DNA of 39,931 nucleotides from a virus. Its lineage: Duplodnaviria > Caudoviricetes. The stretch is taken from IMG/VR virus record IMGVR_UViG_3300034072_000656, positions 1-39,931 of that record; one strand, given 5' to 3'. Positions within the stretch are counted from its first letter, which is position 1. Each line of letters opens with the position of its first letter. Below the pieces are notes generated by a model. It saw nothing but the letters and a program-made list of their open reading frames with translations, ran no database searches and was not told where the DNA came from. Of the stretch, positions 16,779-25,171 are shown one piece after another. The position numbers and the translations under genes were made by a program.

Positions 16779-17204
16779 ATGCGACACGAACCCCGCTTCG
16801 GAGCATACGACGAGGACTATGGTCCTTACTACGGCCACCCGGCCGACCCGCGCACCCCGAGCTACGACCTCCCCGAGGAGGTCTACGACGAGGCGCAGGT
16901 CCGCGTGTTCTCGCACGCCCTCGACCTGGCCGAATGGCTGGACGAGGCGTTGGGCAACGGCCCGGACGTTTCGATCGACGTCAGCAAGCTCGACGCTCCC
17001 AAGGCCTCCACCCGCGCCCTGCTGGTGGTTCTGTTCAACGGCACTGACGAGCAGATTGTGGCGGCAGCAAAAGAGATGCGCAGCCGCGCTGCCGCTGCGA
17101 TGGAGCAGCGCATTGAGGACGAGGCGTGGGATATCTACGACTCACGGCTTTACGACAACTATGAGCCGCCCGAGAAGGATCTCGACGACGCGGATTTTTA
17201 TTGA
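16779..17204 (+). CDS. Highly acidic hypothetical protein
   Basis: ATG 16779 with AGGAG RBS; rich in D/E/Y. Confidence 0.7.
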   Translation: MRHEPRFGAYDEDYGPYYGHPADPRTPSYDLPEEVYDEAQVRVFSHALDLAEWLDEALGNGPDVSIDVSKLDAPKASTRALLVVLFNGTDEQIVAAAKEMRSRAAAAMEQRIEDEAWDIYDSRLYDNYEPPEKDLDDADFY

Positions 17205-17215
17205 GGGGAAAACAG

Positions 17216-17392
17216 ATGCTACCGATGTCACAAATGCTGGAGATCTACGCAATATTGGCCGAGGTCTCAACAATGCCCGTCAGCCCGACGCCCGAACAAG
17301 TCGGGCGCCTGTGGGCTCAGGCTGGCCTCCAGGTCGAACTGCTGAAGATGCGGCTGGATCGCATCAAGGGCGACGTGGGGGTGGAGGCATGA
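17216..17392 (+). CDS. Hypothetical protein
   Basis: RBS GAGGGG, coupled to the exonuclease gene. Confidence 0.55.
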   Translation: MLPMSQMLEIYAILAEVSTMPVSPTPEQVGRLWAQAGLQVELLKMRLDRIKGDVGVEA

Positions 17393-18024
17393 TCCTCGAA
17401 ACCGCCACCCAGCGGTCTGAAGACTGGTACGCCGCCCGCCTGGGCAAGGCCACGGCCAGCCGGTTCCGCGACGTCATCGCCGCGCTGAAATCCGGCGCAC
17501 CGGCACAGGCCCAGCGCGACTACCTTACAGAACTGGTGGTCGAGCGCCTGACGCAGCAGCCGATCCAGCGCTACACCACTGCCGCCATGACCTGGGGCAC
17601 CGAGCAGGAGCCCGCAGCCCGCGCAGCCTACGAGCGCATCACCGGCCGCATCGTGGAGGAAACCGGCTTCGTGGCCCACGACACCCTGCTGGCAGGCTGT
17701 TCGCCTGACGGCCTGGTGGACTGGGACGGGCTGATTGAGATCAAGTGCCCATACAGCACCGCCGTGCATATCGAAACGCTGCTGAACGGCATGCCGTCGG
17801 ATCACATCCCGCAGGTGCAGGGGCAGCTCTGGATCACAGGGAGGGAGTGGTGCGATTTCGTGAGTTTCGACCCCCGGATGCCTGAGGCGCTGCAGTTGCA
17901 CGTCCAGCGCATCCAACGTGACCCGAGCTTCATTGCCGACCTGGAGGCCAAGGTTACGTTTTTCCTGCAGCAGGTCGGCACCCAAGTCGAGGCGCTGCGG
18001 CGTCTCGCGGAAAGCAAGAAATGA
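17389..18024 (+). CDS. YqaJ / lambda-exonuclease family recombination nuclease
   Basis: QRSEDWYAARLGKATAS, WGTEQE, GCSPDGLV, IEIKCP, QVQGQLW. Confidence 0.92.
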   Translation: MILETATQRSEDWYAARLGKATASRFRDVIAALKSGAPAQAQRDYLTELVVERLTQQPIQRYTTAAMTWGTEQEPAARAAYERITGRIVEETGFVAHDTLLAGCSPDGLVDWDGLIEIKCPYSTAVHIETLLNGMPSDHIPQVQGQLWITGREWCDFVSFDPRMPEALQLHVQRIQRDPSFIADLEAKVTFFLQQVGTQVEALRRLAESKK

Positions 18025-18272
18025 GCGATACGAAGAAGCGCCCCTATGTGCGCACCTTGAAGGCCTGGACTGTGATGGACGCGGAGGGCAACGAGCGACT
18101 GGTGCGGGCCTACACCGCAGCAGACGTGCTGCGCCACGTCACGCCGCAGTTCGTGATCGCGCCCGCCACGCACGACGACATCATCTCGCTGATGGCTTCC
18201 GGCGTCATGGTGGAAACCGTGGGCCTGCCCGAAGCCGCGCCTGCCGACGAATCCGCAGGCCTGACTGACTGA
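18021..18272 (+). CDS. Hypothetical protein
   Basis: 83 aa; ERLVRA...ATHDDI motif, coupled start. Confidence 0.7.
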   Translation: MSDTKKRPYVRTLKAWTVMDAEGNERLVRAYTAADVLRHVTPQFVIAPATHDDIISLMASGVMVETVGLPEAAPADESAGLTD

Positions 18273-18288
18273 ACAAGGAAAGGCGCCA

Positions 18289-18729
18289 ATGATGCCAAGT
18301 GAAATTGAACTTCTGCGGCGCCGCCTTCAGGATGGCGCGTCTCCAGAGCCGATGAGCGGATGCTGGCTGTGGGCAAAAAGCGTTGGAAACTCTGGATATG
18401 GAAAACTAAAAATTGGCAACAAAGATGTTGGAGCCCATAGAGCATCATTTGTTGCGTTCAAAGGCTCCATCCCAAATGGAGCATGCGTGCTTCATGTCTG
18501 CGACGTAAAGACATGCATCAATCCGCAGCATTTGTTTTTGGGGAGCAAATCAGACAATTCAAAAGATATGGTGAAAAAGGGGCGTCATAAGTGTCCCGCA
18601 CGCACTAGGACAGCTTGCCCAAGGGGGCATCTCTATACGGGCGTCAACTCTCAGGGAAGACGCATTTGCCATCAATGCGCCAACGAAGCATCTAAGCGTT
18701 GGAACCTCAAGTACAGGAGTCAAGCATGA
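18289..18729 (+). CDS. HNH homing endonuclease
   Basis: SGCWLW, GYG, AHR, VLHVCDVKTCINPQHL, SDNSKD, C-terminal CPRGH...CHQC; lower GC. Confidence 0.88.
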   Translation: MMPSEIELLRRRLQDGASPEPMSGCWLWAKSVGNSGYGKLKIGNKDVGAHRASFVAFKGSIPNGACVLHVCDVKTCINPQHLFLGSKSDNSKDMVKKGRHKCPARTRTACPRGHLYTGVNSQGRRICHQCANEASKRWNLKYRSQA

Positions 18730-19496
18730 CCGCACTCGTACCTTTCGAACAGCAACTGCAACTCGCAGACGCTTTCTGCCGATCTGGCCTCTTCGGAGTC
18801 CGCACCCGCGACCAGGCCATCGCGCTGATGGCTATCTGCGAAGCCGAGGGCCTGCATCCCGCCAAGGCTGTGCAGGAATACCACATCATCCAGGGTCGCC
18901 CCGCGCTCAAGGCGGACGCCATGCTGGCGCGGTTTCAAGCCGCAGGCGGCAAGGTCAAGTGGACGTCGATGACCGACCAGCGTGTCGCCGGCGAGTTCTC
19001 ACACCCTCAGGGCGGCAGCGTCGAGATCGACTGGACGATCGACATGGCCAAGCGTGCCGGCCTGACCAAGAACCCGACGTGGAATCAGTACCCGCGCGCC
19101 ATGCTTCGCGCCAGGTGCATCTCCGAGGGCATCCGCACGGTCTATCCGGGCGTGACTGTGGGCACCTACACCCCCGAGGAGGTGCAGGATATGGAGCCCG
19201 CTCGCAACGCCCCCCAGGCGCGTCAGAACGCCCCAGAATCGCCCGCAGCACCCGTGGAAATGGCAGAGGTCGTCGTGGACGTCGAATCGCTTCTGGAGCG
19301 CATTTCGCTGACCGCCACCATCGAAGGCATGGAACTCCTGCGGGCTGACATCTCGCGCATGCCCAAGGGCGCCGAACGCACCCGCGTGGTCGAGGCCGCC
19401 AAGAAGCGCGTCGACGAGATCAAGCAGGAAATGGAACGCGAGCGCCAGGCCCGCGAAGAGCCCGAGATCATTGAAGCCGAAGAGGGGGTGATCTGA
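18726..19496 (+). CDS. RecT-like single-strand annealing protein
   Basis: HIIQGRPAL, WTIDMAKRAGL, WNQYPRAMLRAR, YTPEEV; located next to YqaJ. Confidence 0.75.
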   Translation: MTALVPFEQQLQLADAFCRSGLFGVRTRDQAIALMAICEAEGLHPAKAVQEYHIIQGRPALKADAMLARFQAAGGKVKWTSMTDQRVAGEFSHPQGGSVEIDWTIDMAKRAGLTKNPTWNQYPRAMLRARCISEGIRTVYPGVTVGTYTPEEVQDMEPARNAPQARQNAPESPAAPVEMAEVVVDVESLLERISLTATIEGMELLRADISRMPKGAERTRVVEAAKKRVDEIKQEMERERQAREEPEIIEAEEGVI

Positions 19497-19675
19497 TGGA
19501 AACACCAGTGCGTTTGACGACCGCAGAGGTCGCAAAGCGCCTGCGCCTGAGCGAGCCGACCCTGCGGGATTGGCGACGGCGCGGGATCGGGCCGCAGTGG
19601 TTCCGCCTCGGACCGTTGAAGGTGTTTTACTGGTTGAAGGATGTCGAGGCGTTTGAGAAGGAGCAGCAGAAATGA
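19496..19675 (+). CDS. Xis/AlpA-like HTH DNA-binding protein (not in ORF track)
   Basis: METPVRLTTAEVAKRLRLSEPTLRDWRRRGIGPQWFRLGPLKVFYWLKDVEAF. Confidence 0.85.
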   Translation: METPVRLTTAEVAKRLRLSEPTLRDWRRRGIGPQWFRLGPLKVFYWLKDVEAFEKEQQK

Positions 19676-19845
19676 CCCCCACCACCCGCCGCTACCCCCG
19701 CACCGTGCTTGAAGCGTGGCCTCACCGCCACCCGTACTGCATCGAGTGCTCGCCGCCGCGCATCCGTTGGGGGCGCATCGTGCTGGCTACGTTTATCGGC
19801 GTGGCTGTTGGAACTCTGGCTGCAATCTGGTGGAGTGGAATATGA
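19672..19845 (+). CDS. Small membrane protein (not in ORF track)
   Basis: MTPTTRRYPRTVLEAW... with a C-terminal TM helix; ATGA coupling at both ends. Confidence 0.65.
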   Translation: MTPTTRRYPRTVLEAWPHRHPYCIECSPPRIRWGRIVLATFIGVAVGTLAAIWWSGI

Positions 19846-20171
19846 GTAAGCACACGCCTGGGCCGTGGCACTATCGCAGATTCGATGAATGGACGCACAC
19901 AGTTGTGACCAATCACGGCAAGCTGCCTGATGGCCGACCGAGCGACTGGGCCATAGCCAGCATCAACAAGAGCCGAGAGCCAGAGCATGAAGCAAATGCG
20001 CAACTGATTTCCGCCGCGCCTGATTTGTTGGCGGCGGCAAAGCTGGTGATTGCCTGGTACGAGGCAGAAGACGACCACAGCAAGGCCGACTTCTACCAGC
20101 GCCTGCAAATGTGCCGCGACTCGGAAACGGCGTGCCGCGCAGCAGTCGCCAAAGCGGAGGAACAGAAATGA
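19842..20171 (+). CDS. Hypothetical phage protein (HTPGPW...AAPDLL family)
   Basis: MSKHTPGPW, EANAQLISAAPDLLAA. Confidence 0.8.
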   Translation: MSKHTPGPWHYRRFDEWTHTVVTNHGKLPDGRPSDWAIASINKSREPEHEANAQLISAAPDLLAAAKLVIAWYEAEDDHSKADFYQRLQMCRDSETACRAAVAKAEEQK

Positions 20172-20401
20172 CCCAATACCGAGACATCGAGTTCACCGAC
20201 GGCACCGAGCCCACAGTGCTGCGTGACCGCCAATGCTGCGACGGCCTGTGCGCCCAGGGCCGGGCGTGCCCATACCGCGAGGCGTCTACCCCGACGCCGG
20301 ATCTGTGGCCTCGGCCGAAGCCGTCTGCGCTGGTGCAGGCTACGGCGATCGCTGCCGTGGCGATATTGCTGGGGCTGGTGATTGCGGAGGTGTTGGTATG
20401 A
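20168..20401 (+). CDS. Small Cys-containing membrane protein
   Basis: CCDGLCAQGRACP plus C-terminal TM helix. Confidence 0.65.
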   Translation: MTQYRDIEFTDGTEPTVLRDRQCCDGLCAQGRACPYREASTPTPDLWPRPKPSALVQATAIAAVAILLGLVIAEVLV

Positions 20402-21075
20402 CCACCCTACGCGAAGCCGCCCAGCAGGCGCTGGAGGCGTTGGACTCTGAACACCCTGACATCCAACTGCGAGCAGCCGTCGCCCTCCGCAAAGCGCTGG
20501 CGCAGCCCGAACCACGCAACCAGTGCGGCGAAACCTGCGAGCGTGCCAAGCTCTGTGCGGTGTGTGCGCGGGGATTGGATGGGGCTGCACAAACCCCCTG
20601 CGACATCGCCGAAGACGGCGTGTGTGAGGTAATCGACTGCTGTCGCAATCCGCCGCAGATACTGGAGGCGCTTGAAATCGGCTACGCCGCTGCGCAGGCT
20701 GAAGCGGCGCAGTACCACGCTGCGATGGCCGGGTACAGGCCCGAGCGGCACGCTGCGATGGATGCGGATGTGCAGAAGATTGCGAAGGCTATCACCGCAG
20801 TTAAGGCTGCGCTGGCGCAGGAGGAGCAGGAGCCGGTGGCATGGATTCACAAGCTCCACTACTTGCTCGGACATGCGGAGAACATGCCGCCAGCAGATAG
20901 GGCACTGGCACTTGGGTGGGAGCCTCTCTACACCCACCCATTCCGCCGAGAGTGGCAGGGGTTGACGGATAAGGAGATTCGACGCATGGGCATTGAGACG
21001 CCCGGGCAGCAGGGTGGGTGGAATCTGGTTTTCGCCCGCGCCGTCGAGGCCAAGCTGAAGGAGAAAAACGCATGA
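20398..21075 (+). CDS. Mosaic hypothetical phage protein
   Basis: MTTLREAAQQALEAL, EQEPVAW, REWQGLTDKEI, FARAVEAKLKEKN. Confidence 0.75.
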   Translation: MTTLREAAQQALEALDSEHPDIQLRAAVALRKALAQPEPRNQCGETCERAKLCAVCARGLDGAAQTPCDIAEDGVCEVIDCCRNPPQILEALEIGYAAAQAEAAQYHAAMAGYRPERHAAMDADVQKIAKAITAVKAALAQEEQEPVAWIHKLHYLLGHAENMPPADRALALGWEPLYTHPFRREWQGLTDKEIRRMGIETPGQQGGWNLVFARAVEAKLKEKNA

Positions 21076-21212
21076 TGTACTTTGAGCGAAACCAACCGCA
21101 CTGCTTGGTGTGGCCAGCACTTGGGTTCGGGCGAGACGACCTGCACGGTTTTTGGATCGGCATCGGCTGGTTGAATATGGAAATTGGGTGGAAGGAGAGG
21201 AATCATGATTGA
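21072..21212 (+). CDS. Hypothetical protein
   Basis: 46 aa, coupled start. Confidence 0.5.
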   Translation: MMYFERNQPHCLVWPALGFGRDDLHGFWIGIGWLNMEIGWKERNHD

Positions 21213-21444
21213 CCAACCCGAAGCCCTGTTGCATCGTCTTGAAAGACTGGGACAAGACGGCGTTGGTAACTATGGAATGCCAATTTGTGCGGAAGCCGCA
21301 GCCGAACTGCGCCGACTTCGCTCAGCGAACGTCAAGCTCGCCGGGGCGCTGGATATGATCCGCGAAACGCTACAGGGCGGTAACGTGGACGACCTACTCT
21401 ACATCATCAACACCGCTCTTGAGGAACACAGGAGCAAGACATGA
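21205..21444 (+). CDS. Hypothetical protein
   Basis: MIDQPEAL...EAAAELRRL, RBS GGAGAGG. Confidence 0.65.
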   Translation: MIDQPEALLHRLERLGQDGVGNYGMPICAEAAAELRRLRSANVKLAGALDMIRETLQGGNVDDLLYIINTALEEHRSKT

Positions 21445-21686
21445 ACGGACCATTCGCCATCAAGATCCAGATCGACAACTGCTTCCGACTCGCCAAGGAG
21501 TGCGGGTTTGAGTTGCGAGAGAACGGCAACCGTTACGTGGCTGGGGAGATTTATCTGTACGCCGCGCCTGACAACACGGTGTTTGCGAAGGACGTATGTC
21601 TTGAGCGCTTCCCGTCGTGGGAGCTTGCCGAGGCCTTCTTCGCGGGCTACCTCAAGGCGGAGTTGGCGCATCGGGTTGGGAGATAG
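21441..21686 (+). CDS. Hypothetical protein
   Basis: 81 aa, RBS AGGAG. Confidence 0.65.
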   Translation: MNGPFAIKIQIDNCFRLAKECGFELRENGNRYVAGEIYLYAAPDNTVFAKDVCLERFPSWELAEAFFAGYLKAELAHRVGR

Positions 21687-21687
21687 C

Positions 21688-21930
21688 ATGACCCTCCCCG
21701 CCGACGTCGCCCGCTGCCTGGGCTACGGTGCCGCCGAGTGCAACACCTGCCGCCGCTACACCGACCCGCCGCATGAGCGGCAGACATGGACAGGCCCGTG
21801 GGAACTGGAAGGCGTGCCGTGCGAGATGCGTATCCCTACACAATCAGCACATGAAATGCCCACTCTGCGGCGTCTGGACGCGCGTGCTGGAGACCAGAGC
21901 GCGCAAACACCACACCGCACGTCGCTATGA
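21688..21930 (+). CDS. Small Cys-rich hypothetical protein
   Basis: MTLPADVARC...CNTCRR, RBS GGGAG. Confidence 0.55.
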   Translation: MTLPADVARCLGYGAAECNTCRRYTDPPHERQTWTGPWELEGVPCEMRIPTQSAHEMPTLRRLDARAGDQSAQTPHRTSL

Positions 21931-22087
21931 GTGCGCCAACATGCACCGCTTCTCAACGCGAGAGACGGTGCATCTTACGCCCTCAGTAACTCCACACCGT
22001 GGGCACTTCCCGCAGGTCCACGTGAATGAATCGCCCGTTGCCCTTCTGCTGGACCCCGACGCCCCGGAACCCGGCATCAAACGCTAG
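21851..22087 (+). CDS. NrdR-like zinc-ribbon protein
   Basis: MKCPLC...RVLETR...RRYECANMHRFSTRE. Confidence 0.7.
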   Translation: MKCPLCGVWTRVLETRARKHHTARRYECANMHRFSTRETVHLTPSVTPHRGHFPQVHVNESPVALLLDPDAPEPGIKR

Positions 22088-22357
22088 CCGCAGCACTTCC
22101 ACCGCCTCAGATCCGCTCACGCCGATGTCGGCGGCTAGGCCGGTGGTGTGCATGCCTGGCGCAGCCTTGGCGGCCTCCACGGGGTGCTGTGGGCAGCGGT
22201 AGCCCGAAGTGATGATCATCGGCTTGCCGTAGGCCGTGCGCAGCGCCTGCAAGCGGTCAAGGAACTCAGCGCGCATCTCGTTTCGGCCGCAGCCGCAACG
22301 GCAGTTGAACTCCTCCTTGCGGAAGTTCGGCCAGCGCTTCCAGTCAAGGTCGGTCAT
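21983..22357 (-). CDS. Endolysin, peptidase M15 (Zn D-Ala-D-Ala carboxypeptidase fold)
   Basis: NF..EF.CRCGCG, ITSGYRC, H..G.AAD, FIHVD. Confidence 0.9.
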   Translation of the reverse strand: MTDLDWKRWPNFRKEEFNCRCGCGRNEMRAEFLDRLQALRTAYGKPMIITSGYRCPQHPVEAAKAAPGMHTTGLAADIGVSGSEAVEVLRLAFDAGFRGVGVQQKGNGRFIHVDLREVPTVWSY

Positions 22358-22758
22358 TTCGTCGCCACTCCCTTGGCCTTCTCGTAGGTCCTCAGACCAC
22401 CGATGCCGAGCATCCCGGACAGCACCACCCACAAAAGATCCGTCTCCACCGTCGGCGGCGCAGGCCAGCCGTGGATCAGGCCCACCCAAGTCAGCACTGG
22501 TTGCCCCAGTGTGGCATACAGCAGGCCCAGGCCGCCCGTCCAGCCGACGAACGGACGCCAGCCCGCCACCCACACTGACGGATGCGTGGCTTCCTTGGCG
22601 TTGATCTCCAACTGCGCGATGACCTGCTTCAGTTCGCCCTGCATGGCCATCGACAGAAACTCTGCCTCGGCCTGGCGCTTCTTCTCCGGGTCGGGGATGA
22701 AGCGATCCAGCAGCGTCTTGCCCACCTCCAGCAGCGGACCCATAAACAGCGGGTTCAT
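22354..22758 (-). CDS. Holin (GTA 3TM-type)
   Basis: DRFIPDP, QLEINAKEA, GWRPFVGW, GMLGIGGLRTYEK. Confidence 0.85.
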   Translation of the reverse strand: MNPLFMGPLLEVGKTLLDRFIPDPEKKRQAEAEFLSMAMQGELKQVIAQLEINAKEATHPSVWVAGWRPFVGWTGGLGLLYATLGQPVLTWVGLIHGWPAPPTVETDLLWVVLSGMLGIGGLRTYEKAKGVATK

Positions 22759-22925
22759 GCGCGATCCCTCTTGTCCCACAGCGACCAGCCGACGCCAGCA
22801 AGCGCGGCCGCTCCGCTGATGATCACGTTCAGCGTGTCACCGTCGATGCCGTACTTCACGGCGAAACCACCAGAAACGGCGGTCAGGATGTGTCGCACCA
22901 GCGACGAGATGATGGTTGCGTTCAT
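22755..22925 (-). CDS. Small 2-TM holin-like protein
   Basis: LVRHILTAVSGG...GVGWSLWDK. Confidence 0.65.
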   Translation of the reverse strand: MNATIISSLVRHILTAVSGGFAVKYGIDGDTLNVIISGAAALAGVGWSLWDKRDRA

Positions 22926-23194
22926 AGTTTCTCCGGCTCTCGGAAGATCGCAATCGGCAACGTCGTGTAGTCGCCGTCCAGCCACGCCACGCTGATCTCT
23001 GCTGGCGGCTGCGGAATCCAGCATCCGCTGACCGTGCGGTTGCCGTCAGTGATCACCGCCCACAGTGCGCGCCCCTGACACGGGCCGACCGTGTCGTGCA
23101 GTTCCAGGCGGATGTTCTCATGCGTGGCGACGGCCACGACGTCGGCTTGCGCGGCACCGGCCGCAATCAGGAGGGCCAGTGCTGCGTGTTTCAT
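22922..23194 (-). CDS. Secreted hypothetical protein
   Basis: Signal peptide MKHAALALLIAAGAAQA; GCW motif. Confidence 0.65.
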   Translation of the reverse strand: MKHAALALLIAAGAAQADVVAVATHENIRLELHDTVGPCQGRALWAVITDGNRTVSGCWIPQPPAEISVAWLDGDYTTLPIAIFREPEKL

Positions 23195-23427
23195 CCCCGC
23201 CCCAAGTGGTTGGCAACCCATGTCATCGCGGCCCCGAAGCTGCCGCTGATGCCGCTGACCCAGGCCAGCGCTTTCCAGCCGCCACGGGCCTCTGACAGCG
23301 TTTTCTCGATCTTCTGCACCGACTGGGCCATTTCATCCAGACGAACGACAATGCGATCGATGTCGCGGCGCTGCGCTGCCAGCTCTGCCTTTAGCGCGCC
23401 GAACTCTATGGGGTTGATCTCTGTCAT
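23191..23427 (-). CDS. Coiled-coil membrane-anchored protein in the lysis region
   Basis: MTEINPIEFGALKAE...ARGGWK plus TM helix. Confidence 0.7.
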   Translation of the reverse strand: MTEINPIEFGALKAELAAQRRDIDRIVVRLDEMAQSVQKIEKTLSEARGGWKALAWVSGISGSFGAAMTWVANHLGRG

Positions 23428-23690
23428 GGTTGCTCCGCCGCTCGGGCTTCCAGTTCCATCGGCGCATTGCGGTAGCCGTACCGCAGCACCTGCCACAGGT
23501 AGGTCGCATAGTACCGCACCGTGCCCATCCTCTGCCACTGCCGCCAGTGCGCCTGCTCATGCCGGATCAGGCGCTGGCTGTGTAGATATTCCGGCAGGAT
23601 GTAGATCCCCCACGGGGCTAGGCACACGCCAGCGAAGCCGGTGCGCCGCAGGGTCCAGGCGATGATGTGGCGGGCGGGAAGGGGGGCCAT
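23424..23690 (-). CDS. Small HExxH zincin-like protein
   Basis: LIRHEQAHWRQ...YRNAPMELEAR. Confidence 0.7.
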   Translation of the reverse strand: MAPLPARHIIAWTLRRTGFAGVCLAPWGIYILPEYLHSQRLIRHEQAHWRQWQRMGTVRYYATYLWQVLRYGYRNAPMELEARAAEQP

Positions 23691-23692
23691 GT

Positions 23693-25171
23693 TCAATGCC
23701 GCCAAATATCAATCGTGAAAGTCAACGCAGGCGGGTCAATTGCCCCGCCAGAGATGTTTGCCAGTCGCACGTAAACGCCACCGGAAGCCGGAATTGCATT
23801 GGCAATAAGATCAGCACCAATAGTGGCGTCTGGCGTAACAAACACGGAATCTGTGGCCAGCGCGCCGCTTATCGTCACAAGTTGATCGCTTGAGGTCTGC
23901 GCTGGAATACTTGGAAAGTCTATGCTTTGCGTGACTCGCAAATGCGTTCTCACTCGAGCCCCGCCACTAAACTTCCAATACTCCGAAGCGACAATGTTTG
24001 ATCTAATTCCGCTATCGGCAATGTCGGTCGTCAACCCAATAAATTGCGGCGAAAGAACCTGCGTGTCTTGAGCAGTGGCATCAATTGAAATTCCTATTCC
24101 AGATGTGGGCACATTTTCCAGACGCGAGCATAGGAACTGAATTTGCTGCGCGGCTGGAGCACTTACCAAGTGCCCAATGTTACTGAACACTTCGATCGCA
24201 ACGCCCACATACTTGTTGTGGCTATTGTCTGCATCGCGGGTGCCGTATGTGCAATCGTTCACTCGGCCGCCCACAACCATGTTTTCATTGCCCAATGCGT
24301 CGTTGTAGTAGCCATACACTACCGTGCTGATATCCACGCCAACATACTCGTTGTAGTAGCTTGAATACCCATCTCCATGAATCACGCCAGTGTTGATGTT
24401 TTGAATCAGCACATTAGACCACTTGAACATGGTGCAGCCGCGCATGTCTAGTCCGATACTTGCCCCCGCCGCCGTGCCGGGACCATAAATTTTGAGATTG
24501 CTACCACCTCCGCTAAATCTGCGCACATTGGTCCCGCTTGCCAATGTGACGTTTTTGCCCTTGAAAACCGCGCCGTTGTGGGTTGCCAAAATTTCCGACC
24601 CGCGCCCTTCGCCGAATACGAAGTTGTTGTCATTCATCTGAAGCGATGAGCTGATTTTGTAGGTGCCGGCCGGCAGATGAACCCCGCTTGATGCGTCCAT
24701 CGCGTTCTGAATCGCCACCGTATCATCCGCAACCCCGTCGCCCACCGCCCCGAAGTCCTTCACACTCACCACATCCCGCATCTTGCTCTGCGCAGTGCGG
24801 ACGACGGCTCCGGAGCCGGCTTGGAGGAACGTCACCTCCGACGAATCCACGCCAGAAATCACGGGGTCGGAATACCGCTCCGTCGCCTGCGGAGCCGAAT
24901 ACACCGTCGTTCCCCGCGAGTTCTGCACCAGGATCGAGTAATCGCTGTTCACATACAGCCTGGCCGGCGTGCCGCTGTTCACCGGATACCCGCCCTGCGT
25001 GCGGATCGGCTGCGCCGCAGGCTGCGTCAGCGCAGCGTCCCAGTACACCGAGATCGGCGTCGTCTGCGCCGGCAGGTTCGCCGTGCCGATCCAGATGTAG
25101 CCGTTTTCCAGCGGCTGGCCGTCGGTGTCGGTGATCGTGGGGAACGGCGGCTGGATGCTGAGGGCGGTCAT
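23693..25171 (-). CDS. Tailspike 1 (P22-like head-binding domain plus beta-helix depolymerase)
   Basis: DGQPLENGYIWIG, VYWDAALT, VSVKDFGAVGDGVADDT, LPAGTY. Confidence 0.85.
   Translation of the reverse strand: MTALSIQPPFPTITDTDGQPLENGYIWIGTANLPAQTTPISVYWDAALTQPAAQPIRTQGGYPVNSGTPARLYVNSDYSILVQNSRGTTVYSAPQATERYSDPVISGVDSSEVTFLQAGSGAVVRTAQSKMRDVVSVKDFGAVGDGVADDTVAIQNAMDASSGVHLPAGTYKISSSLQMNDNNFVFGEGRGSEILATHNGAVFKGKNVTLASGTNVRRFSGGGSNLKIYGPGTAAGASIGLDMRGCTMFKWSNVLIQNINTGVIHGDGYSSYYNEYVGVDISTVVYGYYNDALGNENMVVGGRVNDCTYGTRDADNSHNKYVGVAIEVFSNIGHLVSAPAAQQIQFLCSRLENVPTSGIGISIDATAQDTQVLSPQFIGLTTDIADSGIRSNIVASEYWKFSGGARVRTHLRVTQSIDFPSIPAQTSSDQLVTISGALATDSVFVTPDATIGADLIANAIPASGGVYVRLANISGGAIDPPALTFTIDIWRH

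Noticed and set aside
16705-17388. 439-aa extended YqaJ ORF from the track
   Set aside because: The extension overlaps the promoter and two better ORFs; the real start is ATG 17389 with GGAGG
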